A DNA stretch of 39,509 bases. Origin: Thermoproteota archaeon (GTDB taxonomy: Archaea > Thermoproteota > EX4484-205 > JAAOZP01). The notes beneath the pieces were generated by a model. That model was not told the DNA's origin and searched no databases. It saw only the letters and a list, made by a program, of their open reading frames with translations. The stretch lies in contig JAWBXT010000003.1 in NCBI GenBank assembly GCA_038867695.1, positions 1 through 39,509 on the forward strand, in the 5' to 3' direction. The first letter of the stretch is position 1, and each line of letters opens with the position of its first letter. A program made the translations under genes and the position numbers. Below, in pieces: positions 19,041-28,018 of the stretch.

Positions 19041-19163
19041 CTTTCAACCCCCAGTATGTTATCCCTTTCAACTTTCAATAAAAATCTTATCGGGATGCTT
19101 ATAATCACCACTATTTGGCAACATTGGTGAATAAATAATCTTATTCAACTAGTCTCAAAGGAA

Positions 19164-19316
19164 TTGATCCATGGGGATGAACTACTAGTTAATGCAATAC
19201 TTCAAGAAATAGAAGATTTGAAGATTAGTCTAAGTAAACTCAATAATAGAGTATTAAGCTTAGAGAAGAAATACCATGAGCTAAGTAACTTTTTAAGGGT
19301 GTCTCCAAATGATTGA
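19164..19316 (+). CDS. 50-aa coiled-coil protein (missed by the ORF track)
   Basis: TTG start, (M)IHGDELLVNAILQEIEDLKISLSKLNNRVLSLEKKYHELSNFLRVSPND with heptad periodicity; overlaps the ATPase start. Confidence 0.55.
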   Translation: MIHGDELLVNAILQEIEDLKISLSKLNNRVLSLEKKYHELSNFLRVSPND

Positions 19317-21162
19317 GATTAAACAGAATCATCTATCCCTTGTACAAAGGGCATGGATTTGGAACTGTAGGAAGAAAGATCTATACTTATTTGCTCAAGC
19401 ATTTGATTCCTCTTTCTTTTGTAACATGATACATAAGCTTGCATATTTTTCTCCAGAAAGGGTTCTGGTTAATCTAGACGGTAACTGGTATGAGATTTGT
19501 GGAAAATTCTTAGATCTATTGAAAGAATGTTCTAAAAAGATTAAGGAAGAAAAGAATAGGCTTTACAGAATCCTCATCGAAAAAAACGATAATGAGATCG
19601 ATCTTAAAGATATTCGAAGAAAAATCTGTATTACACCATTTTATGGAACTCTTTATTTAAGTTATATATCGGATCTTAACTTGTCTAGTGAGATATTAAC
19701 TAAATGCGATTTTAATGAAAGATGCTTCTTCAATAACAGGATTTTGAATGGATACAACTATACTATAGGACACTTAATTTATTCAGTTGACGATGTTAAT
19801 GGTCTTTATAGGGTTTATTTTTTATCAGATGATTATTATTGGATTAATAAGGAGCTTTCAACAGCTTTACGTCATGCATACTCTAAAAAAATGCTTGCAA
19901 GTGGAAAATTTAAACATATTTATGAGTATAGGTTTAAGACTGCTTTTAAAATATTAAATGTTTTAACACCAGAGAAAATAGAGGAATCTATTAAAAAACA
20001 TCTCGTTAAACATGCTGTCTATTCTTCTATTAGTTTATCGAAGATTTTTCCTCTGATAATTGATGAAAACATACAGAATTTTTTTCTAGATGATGTTGGT
20101 GAGAGAATATACGTAGATCATGCTGTTTTCGGAAGATTAAACACAAACCTTAAGTTTAACAAAAGGGAATTTGAAAGCTTTGTAAGCCTGGTTAAGAGAG
20201 AATCTAATCTTAATCTAGATTATGCTAATCCTTCGATTAAAACTTCCATAGTTTTCGATAATGTACCGACGAGAGTTTCAATAGATATTCCTCCATTAAC
20301 TTGGAGTAGGGGGGTTATAGATGTACGGAAGCATAGAGTCAGCGTTTTACCTCTCAAGTACCTTTTGGAGACACGATATTTCTCGACGGAATCCGCTGCG
20401 TTCTTAATCCTCGCTACACTTAACCGTGCTAATATATCTATCGTAGGTGAACCTAATTCTGGAAAAACCTCTCTTTTAAACTTTCTAAGCTATTTCATGC
20501 CACCATGGTGGCGTATAGTACATATAGAAGATGCGCTTGAAACACTTCCTCTAAGGGTTTCAGATCAGCATAGAGTAGTATATATCGTTGAGCCATTTGA
20601 AAGCAGAGAAGTTAAAAGCACAAAAACAATTGAAATAATTAAGGTACTTCATAGAACTCCCTCTTATCTGATACTTGGCGAAATTCAGACTAAAGGCCAT
20701 GTGAAGGCGATGTTTCAAGCAGTATCTGCAGGACTTAGAGTAATGCATACTGCACATGCTTCCGATAGTGATGGCTTCATTAAGAGGATTGTAGAAATAT
20801 ACAATATACCGAAACTGCTTGTTTCAGAACTTGATCTAATAATAGTCATGAAGAAAATAGAGGCGGGGAATTTAATAAAGCGGTTTATAAGCGAAATAGC
20901 GATGGTTGATGAAGATTCTAGTTTGAAGATTATTTATTCCAATTATGGCTTTTCAAGCTCTGTGTTTTTCGACGACTCAAACATTTCGAAGATCCTTGAG
21001 AAATTGTCTCATGTAAACTGTATAGAGAAAGAGACCCTAAAAGAAATGTATAAAGAGATTATGGAAATAATCAGTAACCATTACTATTTAGAAAATCCTT
21101 TTTTAAAGAAGCTTATTATAGATTCCTATTTAAAGGCATTGAGGATGAGTGGAGGGTTATAA
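19309..21162 (+). CDS. Type IV pilus/secretion ATPase, VirB11/TadA/CpaF family
   Basis: Walker A GEPNSGKTS, Asp box IEDALE, Walker B LILGEI, His box HTAHA, IDVRKH. Confidence 0.9.
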   Translation: MIEIKQNHLSLVQRAWIWNCRKKDLYLFAQAFDSSFFCNMIHKLAYFSPERVLVNLDGNWYEICGKFLDLLKECSKKIKEEKNRLYRILIEKNDNEIDLKDIRRKICITPFYGTLYLSYISDLNLSSEILTKCDFNERCFFNNRILNGYNYTIGHLIYSVDDVNGLYRVYFLSDDYYWINKELSTALRHAYSKKMLASGKFKHIYEYRFKTAFKILNVLTPEKIEESIKKHLVKHAVYSSISLSKIFPLIIDENIQNFFLDDVGERIYVDHAVFGRLNTNLKFNKREFESFVSLVKRESNLNLDYANPSIKTSIVFDNVPTRVSIDIPPLTWSRGVIDVRKHRVSVLPLKYLLETRYFSTESAAFLILATLNRANISIVGEPNSGKTSLLNFLSYFMPPWWRIVHIEDALETLPLRVSDQHRVVYIVEPFESREVKSTKTIEIIKVLHRTPSYLILGEIQTKGHVKAMFQAVSAGLRVMHTAHASDSDGFIKRIVEIYNIPKLLVSELDLIIVMKKIEAGNLIKRFISEIAMVDEDSSLKIIYSNYGFSSSVFFDDSNISKILEKLSHVNCIEKETLKEMYKEIMEIISNHYYLENPFLKKLIIDSYLKALRMSGGL

Positions 21163-21164
21163 AG

Positions 21165-21731
21165 GTGGGCTTTAAGAAGTTTTTAAATCCCATTTTCACC
21201 TCGGAATCAGAAGACAGCGAACCTTATGAAATAATTACTCCAATAGTAACCGAGATCATTACTGCTGGAGCCATTTACAACAATCTGTATAATACGTTCT
21301 ACGATATTTCGAAAAGAGATTATAATTACGTTTCTAGCATATTAAAGGACTGTCTTAAAGAAAACCTGAACGGTAAGGATATTGAAAAGGTATTGAAAAA
21401 CTCTCTACGGAAAAACAAGTTATTGGATATCATCGATCAAACTCTAACAATCAATATAAGGACGATGAGTTCAGAAGAAGCTTTAACGTTTTTACGAATC
21501 TTAGAATCAAAGGCAAGAAGAAAATATCAAGAATACACCTTAAAGCTTAACTCTTTAATTTCTATTTTCTTCTTCTACGTGTTTCTCGTTCCTACTCCAA
21601 TCGTATTGTTTTCAGAGTTTTTACCTCAAGCTTCATATGTATTACTGCCGATTTTCTTCATTTCAAACATATTGATTTTTAGGTTGTTCTTTAATAGGAT
21701 TAGTAAAATTAAGGGGGCATTATTGGGTTGA
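21165..21731 (+). CDS. TadB/TadC-like pilus assembly membrane protein
   Basis: Helical cytoplasmic domain followed by two C-terminal TM helices, directly after the ATPase. Confidence 0.6.
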   Translation: MGFKKFLNPIFTSESEDSEPYEIITPIVTEIITAGAIYNNLYNTFYDISKRDYNYVSSILKDCLKENLNGKDIEKVLKNSLRKNKLLDIIDQTLTINIRTMSSEEALTFLRILESKARRKYQEYTLKLNSLISIFFFYVFLVPTPIVLFSEFLPQASYVLLPIFFISNILIFRLFFNRISKIKGALLG

Positions 21732-22516
21732 GGAATGTTTACCGATACTTGTTGATTGAAGCTGGGATAATTGTTTTATCATTTATTTTAAAGCTTGAAA
21801 TTCAAGCTTTAAGTTCATTGCAGCTTTTAATATGTACCTTTATGTTAACTAGAGACAGAGATAGAGAAGATGATCTGTGGAATATCCAAGATCTAAGGCC
21901 AGTAGAAAAAGTATCTGAATATCCTGGAAATTTAGAGAATTCGGTTTTAAAATCGTTTCCAGAAACTGATTGTAAAAAAAGTTACCATGAGATTTTTGGA
22001 AGGGCCATTCGAGATAATATAAATGGTTTTCCAATAGAAAAAGCCATAGTGAGATATTCTAAGTCCTCAGATAGGACTATTAAAATATTGATGAGACTCG
22101 TTTCAAGCCTATTTTCTAAAGACGCTGTGTCTGCTAAGAAGGCTTTGAAAAACTACATTCTCATTCTTAGAGAAAACGATGTGTTAAAAAACGAGAGGAG
22201 AAACATCCTGTCTGAAGCAAGATTTAGAGCTAGAATAATGTTGATTATTAGCGCTCTGCTAATGGGTTTTCTTTCTGCAGCGGGACCAGTGATTAGCACT
22301 TTCTTCTCCTTTTCATTGAATCCTGTTTTCCAAATTGAAACATCGTTATTTTTCTCTTTATTCACGTATTTAATAAGCGTCTCAATATTGGTACATTACT
22401 CTCTTTCTTACAGGAACCTTTGGAAAACATTATCGTATTCTGTAGTCAGCTTCGTAACTTCGTTCCTAATATTTAACGGCATATTAACAAAATTCCTGCT
22501 TAAACCATCTTCTTAA
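21728..22516 (+). CDS. TadC/T2SSF-like pilus assembly membrane protein
   Basis: N-terminal TMs, helical domain with NG.PIEKA motif, three C-terminal TMs; 4-nt overlap with the previous gene. Confidence 0.65.
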   Translation: MRNVYRYLLIEAGIIVLSFILKLEIQALSSLQLLICTFMLTRDRDREDDLWNIQDLRPVEKVSEYPGNLENSVLKSFPETDCKKSYHEIFGRAIRDNINGFPIEKAIVRYSKSSDRTIKILMRLVSSLFSKDAVSAKKALKNYILILRENDVLKNERRNILSEARFRARIMLIISALLMGFLSAAGPVISTFFSFSLNPVFQIETSLFFSLFTYLISVSILVHYSLSYRNLWKTLSYSVVSFVTSFLIFNGILTKFLLKPSS

Positions 22517-22570
22517 CTTCATTGGTGCTTATATTTTTATCGAATACTTCTTTAATACGGGTGTAGCAGC

Positions 22571-22759
22571 TTGAAGTTAAGGCTTAAGGGTTCGCAACTT
22601 ATAGAGGAAGGATTACTCATCGTACTCGCATTAGTAATGCTTGGAGCAGTCTTTGGAGTCTCTAAGCAAATCGTGGATAATATAGCCAATTTCTTCGATT
22701 CGCTGATAAAGGGCGTGAGCGATTTAGGCTATAGCTTATTCGGATGGCTCTTGCCTTAA
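22571..22759 (+). CDS. Short (Flp-like) type IV pilin with class III signal peptide
   Basis: MKLRLKG|SQLIEEGLLIVLALVMLGAVFGV: basic leader, KG cleavage site, Glu+5, hydrophobic helix; TATA-like CTTATAT upstream. Confidence 0.8.
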   Translation: MKLRLKGSQLIEEGLLIVLALVMLGAVFGVSKQIVDNIANFFDSLIKGVSDLGYSLFGWLLP

Positions 22760-22763
22760 GATA

Positions 22764-24539
22764 ATGAATCAAAAACTAGAACCGATATACCTTGCGGCAG
22801 TAGTAATATTCTCAATAATCATATTTAAAAACATTACAAATATCGTATTTTTTTCTATTAGCAATGTATCAGTTATTTTAATCATAGTTGCTCTGATAAT
22901 AGTTATTACAATATTATTTTTACTAAAACACCATGAATCGATAATAAGTTTACTTCCAATTGATAATGAAAAGTATTTCATTGTAAGAACAGAATCAGCA
23001 GAACTGATAATAGGAGGAGTTTCAGTATCCGCAGAAGATGCTTCTGAATTAAGCAATCTTAAAGCAGACGACTATTATCGGAGAATACAAAGCTTCATTA
23101 GTGGTATTTTAAAATCCGGAGTTAAACTCACGTGCATTACACATATTTCTCCACCTGAAGATTCTGACGAGTATACTAATTTAATGCAACTCTTAATAAT
23201 TAGTAGAAAAGCAGGGTGTGGAGAAATTGAAGAAGCTATGAAAACGATTGAGGTGGACATTGAGAAAATACGGTCTATTTACAATACTGCTTTTCCCGAA
23301 TTTAAGATAGTTAGGCTAAGTGGAAAAAAGCTTGCCAAGTATCTGAGCAACATTTTGATGAATAAGGTTACATTAGAGAAATCCAAGGCTGAGAATTTGA
23401 AGAATCTGCTCGCAATTCATACACCCAATAATCTTTTCCCACCCTCCTCAGAATTCCATTTCGATCTTCCAGGAGACGATGGAATCATAAACTTAGGGTC
23501 TATTGTTTTCAGCGGGTCGAAAATTGCTTCGTTAAAGTTGAAAGACAATGTTTTCAAAAAACACGTAGCAATCTATGGTTCAACGGGTTCTGGAAAAACA
23601 ACCACAGCCAAACGTATATTAAGGGAATTGGCAAAATTAGGATATTCTTTTACCGTTTTGGATTGGCATAATGAATATCGCCATCTTGCAGAGGAACTCA
23701 ATGGAAAGATTTTAGAATTGGGCTCTTTCTCCCTTGATATAATAAACCCTATTGAATCTGAAAACTTATCGGAACACGTGGCAATTGTTACTGATATTTT
23801 TGATCAAATATATAATTTCACACCATCTCAGTCATATATGTTTAGGGAGGTGCTTCTACAAACTTTGGCAGAAAAAGAGCTCGGTATTAAAAAGCATGAC
23901 TCCCTAGTTTCTTTTATAGAAACCTTAGAAAAATGGAGCATTAAATCCTTCTATGAGAATGAAACAAAATTCGCATTGTTGAGGAGACTGAAACCTCTAA
24001 TAACGGGACAAAACAGGGAAGTTTTCTGTAATAGAGACAAATTAATAAGTATAGAGGACATATTGGGAGGCATTACTGTTTTCGAGCTGGGGGACATAGT
24101 TGAGGTAGATATGCGCAAATTAACTTCGCTTTTCATTCTAGCATTAATTTATGAATTCAGATTAAAAAATATGGATGAGAAATGTCATTTTATAGTTTTA
24201 GAAGAAGCACATAACATACTTCCCTATAGAAGACGAGAATCACCGTCGACGATCGCTGAAAAGCTATTCTTGGAAATGAGAAAGTTTAACGAAAGCCTCA
24301 TGCTGATATCGCAATTTCCATCGCAGATCTCCCCAGAAATAGTAAAGTCGACCGGTTTGAAAATCTCCCATAGAATATGTGAAGGGGAAGAATCTAGGAT
24401 TCTGATGGACATAATGGGTCTTTCTCAAGCAGACTATGATCTCCTCAAAAGGTTGCCGCCAGGATACGGGTTTCTAGTTGCAGAGGGAATCCCTAAACCA
24501 GTACTCTTATCAGTAGATTTCAACGGAAAAATTTCTTAA
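22764..24539 (+). CDS. Membrane-anchored HerA/FtsK/VirB4-superfamily ATPase (DUF87; CedB-like architecture)
   Basis: Two N-terminal TMs; KHVAIYGSTGSGKTT, LDWHNEY, IVLEEAH, arginine finger EMRKF, ISQ. Confidence 0.85.
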   Translation: MNQKLEPIYLAAVVIFSIIIFKNITNIVFFSISNVSVILIIVALIIVITILFLLKHHESIISLLPIDNEKYFIVRTESAELIIGGVSVSAEDASELSNLKADDYYRRIQSFISGILKSGVKLTCITHISPPEDSDEYTNLMQLLIISRKAGCGEIEEAMKTIEVDIEKIRSIYNTAFPEFKIVRLSGKKLAKYLSNILMNKVTLEKSKAENLKNLLAIHTPNNLFPPSSEFHFDLPGDDGIINLGSIVFSGSKIASLKLKDNVFKKHVAIYGSTGSGKTTTAKRILRELAKLGYSFTVLDWHNEYRHLAEELNGKILELGSFSLDIINPIESENLSEHVAIVTDIFDQIYNFTPSQSYMFREVLLQTLAEKELGIKKHDSLVSFIETLEKWSIKSFYENETKFALLRRLKPLITGQNREVFCNRDKLISIEDILGGITVFELGDIVEVDMRKLTSLFILALIYEFRLKNMDEKCHFIVLEEAHNILPYRRRESPSTIAEKLFLEMRKFNESLMLISQFPSQISPEIVKSTGLKISHRICEGEESRILMDIMGLSQADYDLLKRLPPGYGFLVAEGIPKPVLLSVDFNGKIS

Positions 24540-25113
24540 ATTTCTCAGGGTATTTCGAAAAATAGCTAATCCAATCTACATTATCTCCTTCACATTTAAA
24601 GTTGTTCTTGTAGCATTCCATAAATCTACGGTAAAGCTTTACGATGCTTGTGTTACTCGTATCAAATTGTATGATCCTTACATTTCTCAAATATTTTTTA
24701 GCAGCCAGGTAACAGTAATCCGTAAGTTCCGATTCGATATTCATTCTAACTTTCATCTCTTCGTATCCCCTGATTTTTACTAGTCTCCGCCAAAGAATAT
24801 CTGGTCTGCATCTTAGAACGATACAGCAATCAACATAATTAGCAGGAGACACCTCTGCTGCATAATGACTGTCTATTAGAAGATTATTATCATCAGACAT
24901 GTTTAAAATATAATTTCTTAGAGCCTTCTTCAAAGCCTTCATGTTTACAATGCTAGATTTCATAATTCTATCATAGCCCACAATTGCATTTACACTGACT
25001 GCAAACATTCCTAAGTCGAGGTGAATCCACCCCTTACTTCTTTTAACAATATAATTACATAAAGAGGTTTTACCCGTTCCAGGCGTACCAGTAAAAACTA
25101 CTATCTTAATCAT
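24520..25113 (-). CDS. Adenylate kinase AK6/Fap7 family
   Basis: FTGTPGTGKTS, LLIDSH, VLRCRP..L..RL...RGY...KV..N.ESE. Confidence 0.88.
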   Translation of the reverse strand: MIKIVVFTGTPGTGKTSLCNYIVKRSKGWIHLDLGMFAVSVNAIVGYDRIMKSSIVNMKALKKALRNYILNMSDDNNLLIDSHYAAEVSPANYVDCCIVLRCRPDILWRRLVKIRGYEEMKVRMNIESELTDYCYLAAKKYLRNVRIIQFDTSNTSIVKLYRRFMECYKNNFKCEGDNVDWISYFSKYPEKFKKFFR

Positions 25114-25224
25114 CGTAATATTACGATTAAAGGGATATATAAAACTGGTAAGCGAGATTCTAAGCTATACTTGGAATTATCGAGGATAAAGCTTTTATCC
25201 ACCACGTTCTTTAAAATATAAACA

Positions 25225-25299
25225 GCGGCGTTCGTCTAGTCTGGTTAGGACACCAGCCTTCCAAGCTGGGGATCCCGGGTTCGAATCCCGGACGCCGCA
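25225..25299 (+). tRNA. tRNA-Gly(TCC)
   Basis: Acceptor GCGGCGT/ACGCCGC, anticodon arm CCAGC-CT-TCC-AA-GCTGG, GGTTCGAATCC. Confidence 0.96.
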
Positions 25300-25340
25300 A
25301 TAAAGTCTAATAAACTTCTACACCCCTTTTACGATGGTTA

Positions 25341-25667
25341 ATGGTAAAGAAGAGAGTAATAGCGATAGCACGAGAAAGGACGGATATTTTAATGAGAATG
25401 GCATTAGATACGGCAAGCGAGAACATTAACGATGCGGAGGCTTATGTTAAGCTTGCATGGAGAATAGCTGAAAGATACAACATACGGAGAAAACCGATAT
25501 TAAGAAGATATTTCAGATGTAGCAAGTGTAAGAGCTTCGTGATACCTGGCCGCGGTTGCCGAATCAGGATTTTGAAAAACAGGGGCCTAGGAATTATTTG
25601 TATGAAATGCGGCAGTCTTAAGATAATACCAATTTTCAACAAAAGAGATAATAGCCCGCGTAACTAA
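25341..25667 (+). CDS. rnp4: Ribonuclease P protein component 4 (Rpp21)
   Basis: IARER...L, YVKLA..I, CSKC...IPG..C.IR, CMKCG zinc ribbon. Confidence 0.9.
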   Translation: MVKKRVIAIARERTDILMRMALDTASENINDAEAYVKLAWRIAERYNIRRKPILRRYFRCSKCKSFVIPGRGCRIRILKNRGLGIICMKCGSLKIIPIFNKRDNSPRN

Positions 25668-25680
25668 TAAAATCTCAGAA

Positions 25681-26295
25681 ATGAATATTGGCGTTGATCT
25701 AGCAATTGAACTGGAACGTTTTACGAAGGCATTCATACTCTTATTTGCAATATTGGATTCTGTTGGAAACGTACCTGTTTTCCATGCTTTCCTGGAGTCT
25801 GCACCCAAGGAGAAGAGAAAGAGGATAATCTCCGAGTCTGTTATTGCTGCAACGGGTGTATTGATCTTTTTCGCATTGCTTGGCTCAACTATGTTCAGCT
25901 TCCTGGGAATAAGGCTTTCAGATTTCTACATAGCTTCAGGAATAGTCCTCGTGGCAATATCTTTAAAATACATAATCGTCGGAGAAGAGAGCGAAGTTAG
26001 GGGAGAAAGATTCGAAGAGATATCTGTTTTCCCGCTGGCAACTCCTCTTTTAGCAGGGCCAGGAAGCATATCCACTGTCATTATAATTTCAAATCCGCCG
26101 TATAACGTTTTCACGTGCATACTTGTAATTATTCTCAACGCTGTTTTAGCATACGTAATACTCTTAAATGGTGATAGGATTATGATGAGCATAGGTAGAA
26201 CACCCTCGAAGCTTATTGCGAAAATATTCAACCTAATAATAGTAGCATTTGGAATAGTAATGATTAGAAATGGGCTTGAGGGCTTACGTTTTTAG
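25681..26295 (+). CDS. MarC family membrane protein
   Basis: LFAILDSVGNVPVF, VFPLATPLLAGPGSISTV, six hydrophobic segments. Confidence 0.92.
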   Translation: MNIGVDLAIELERFTKAFILLFAILDSVGNVPVFHAFLESAPKEKRKRIISESVIAATGVLIFFALLGSTMFSFLGIRLSDFYIASGIVLVAISLKYIIVGEESEVRGERFEEISVFPLATPLLAGPGSISTVIIISNPPYNVFTCILVIILNAVLAYVILLNGDRIMMSIGRTPSKLIAKIFNLIIVAFGIVMIRNGLEGLRF

Positions 26296-26310
26296 GTCTA
26301 ATATCACGGA

Positions 26311-26479
26311 AAAGTTAATATAGTTCTATGAACAGAGGGTTCGAGAAGGAGGTGCAGTGCGTGTACAGCGTTAATACCGCCCCAAGGGGGCGAGAAAATC
26401 TGCTTTCAGAAGACAGGCATATCCTCACCTATAGTAACTAGTGGAAAAAACTTTAGAAATGTTTTAGGAGGCGGGTACG
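26311..26479 (+). promoter_or_regulatory. leu operon promoter and long 5' leader with SD-led uORF (26361-26441) and hairpins
   Basis: AAAGTTAATATA BRE/TATA at 26311-26322, GGAGGTG at 26348-26354, GTG 26361, TAG 26441; hairpin CGCCCC-AAG-GGGGCG. Confidence 0.4.
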
Positions 26480-28018
26480 ATGGTTTGGAGAGGATATTTT
26501 ACTGAATCGAAACTACCAGAGAAAGTCGTGCTTTTCGACACTACTCTCAGGGATGGTGAGCAGACTCCAGGTGTAGCGCTCACACCAGAGGACAAGCTTA
26601 AGATAGCTAGACAGCTCGACCTGCTTGGAGTACCAGTAATAGAAGCAGGCTTTCCGATAACTTCAGAGGGGGAGGAAGAAGCAGTCAGGAAAATAGTCAA
26701 GGAAGGGTTGAAGGCTGAGATTGCTGCTTTAGCAAGGTCGTCGAGACAGGATATTGAAAAAGTAGCTTCTACTGGTGCTCAAAGAATACATCTTTTCATA
26801 GCTACTTCAGATATACATTTAAAGAAAAAACTCAGTATAAGCAGGGAAGAAGCAGTCGAAAGAGCCTTAGAAGCAGTCGACATTGCAAAATCCTATGGTT
26901 TAAAAATAGAGTTCTCCGCAGAGGACGCAACGAGGACGAATATAGATTTTCTCGTCGAGTTTTATAAGGCTGTTGAGGAGGCAGGGGCAGACATAGTGGA
27001 CATACCTGATACTGTTGGGGTTGCAACTCCCTTTGCCATGAGGGAAATAGTCAGAAAGGTAAGGGAAGCAGTAAGAATTCCGATAGCGGTTCATTGCCAT
27101 AATGACATGGGGCTCGCAGTTGCAAATACTCTAGCTGGAATTGAAAGCGGGGCTACTGAAGCACATGTTACAGTTAATGGGCTTGGTGAACGAGCGGGAA
27201 ATGCTAGTCTTGAGGAGGTAGCAGTCGCCCTCAAAGTATTATACGGTATAGACACTGAGATAGTCTTTAAGGAGATATATAACACCTCTCGGCTAGTCTC
27301 CTCGATAACCGGCATAACAATACCTGTAAACAAGCCAATAGTCGGTGAAAACGCATTTTCACATGAAAGCGGGATACATACACATGGTGTGATTTCTTCT
27401 CCTGAGACTTACGAGCCGATTGATCCAGAATTTGTGGGAGCGAGGAGAAGACTAGTAGCAGGGAAGCATGCAGGCACGCATGGTATTTATGCGCAATTGA
27501 GAGAGATGGGATATACGCCCAGTGAAGAAGAACTTAAGAAGATAGTGAAAATAGTAAAGGAAATGGGAGATCAGGGTAAGAAAGTTACTGATGCTGAGCT
27601 TGCTTCTATAGCCGAAAGCGTAATGGGCTATGGGGTTAGTGAAAAAGAACGTATTGAACTCGACGAGTTAATGGTGGTGACGGGGTTGAACATTACTCCA
27701 ACGGCGACGATCAAAGTAAGATGGGGTGAACAATCTTGGAGAGGTGCTGAGTTTGGAGTGGGGCCGATAGATGCTTCTATGAAGGCTGTGAGTAAGCTTC
27801 TTGGAGACTTAATAAAGATAAAACTTGAAAGCTTCAGATTAGAAGCAATAACCGGAGGCACGGAGGCTTTTGCAGAAGTTACTGTGAGAGTTTCCGATGA
27901 AGAGGGGAGAAGCGTAACAGCAAAGGGTTTCAGTAAAGACATTGTCTTAGCAGGGGTTTATGCAATATTGAATGGTGCTAATAGGCTAATCCAAGTAAGA
28001 AAGGTGGATGCTAAGTGA
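26480..28018 (+). CDS. leuA: 2-isopropylmalate synthase (LeuA/CimA family)
   Basis: DTTLRDGEQTPG, EFSAEDATR, PDTVG, HCHNDMG, GLGERAGN, HESGIH, C-terminal allosteric domain; CimA not excluded. Confidence 0.88.
   Translation: MVWRGYFTESKLPEKVVLFDTTLRDGEQTPGVALTPEDKLKIARQLDLLGVPVIEAGFPITSEGEEEAVRKIVKEGLKAEIAALARSSRQDIEKVASTGAQRIHLFIATSDIHLKKKLSISREEAVERALEAVDIAKSYGLKIEFSAEDATRTNIDFLVEFYKAVEEAGADIVDIPDTVGVATPFAMREIVRKVREAVRIPIAVHCHNDMGLAVANTLAGIESGATEAHVTVNGLGERAGNASLEEVAVALKVLYGIDTEIVFKEIYNTSRLVSSITGITIPVNKPIVGENAFSHESGIHTHGVISSPETYEPIDPEFVGARRRLVAGKHAGTHGIYAQLREMGYTPSEEELKKIVKIVKEMGDQGKKVTDAELASIAESVMGYGVSEKERIELDELMVVTGLNITPTATIKVRWGEQSWRGAEFGVGPIDASMKAVSKLLGDLIKIKLESFRLEAITGGTEAFAEVTVRVSDEEGRSVTAKGFSKDIVLAGVYAILNGANRLIQVRKVDAK

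Noticed and set aside
19309-22759. Archaellum operon
   Set aside because: No archaellin-sized gene or ArlF/G/H in the cluster; the pilin is only 62 aa
22764-24539. Canonical HerA of the HerA-NurA-Mre11-Rad50 repair operon, or a HerA defence system
   Set aside because: It has N-terminal TM helices instead of a HAS barrel, and no nurA, mre11, rad50 or sir2 neighbour
16618-25299. AT-rich pilus region as an integrated element at tRNA-Gly
   Set aside because: No integrase, transposase or duplicated tRNA end was seen, and housekeeping AK6 lies between the locus and the tRNA
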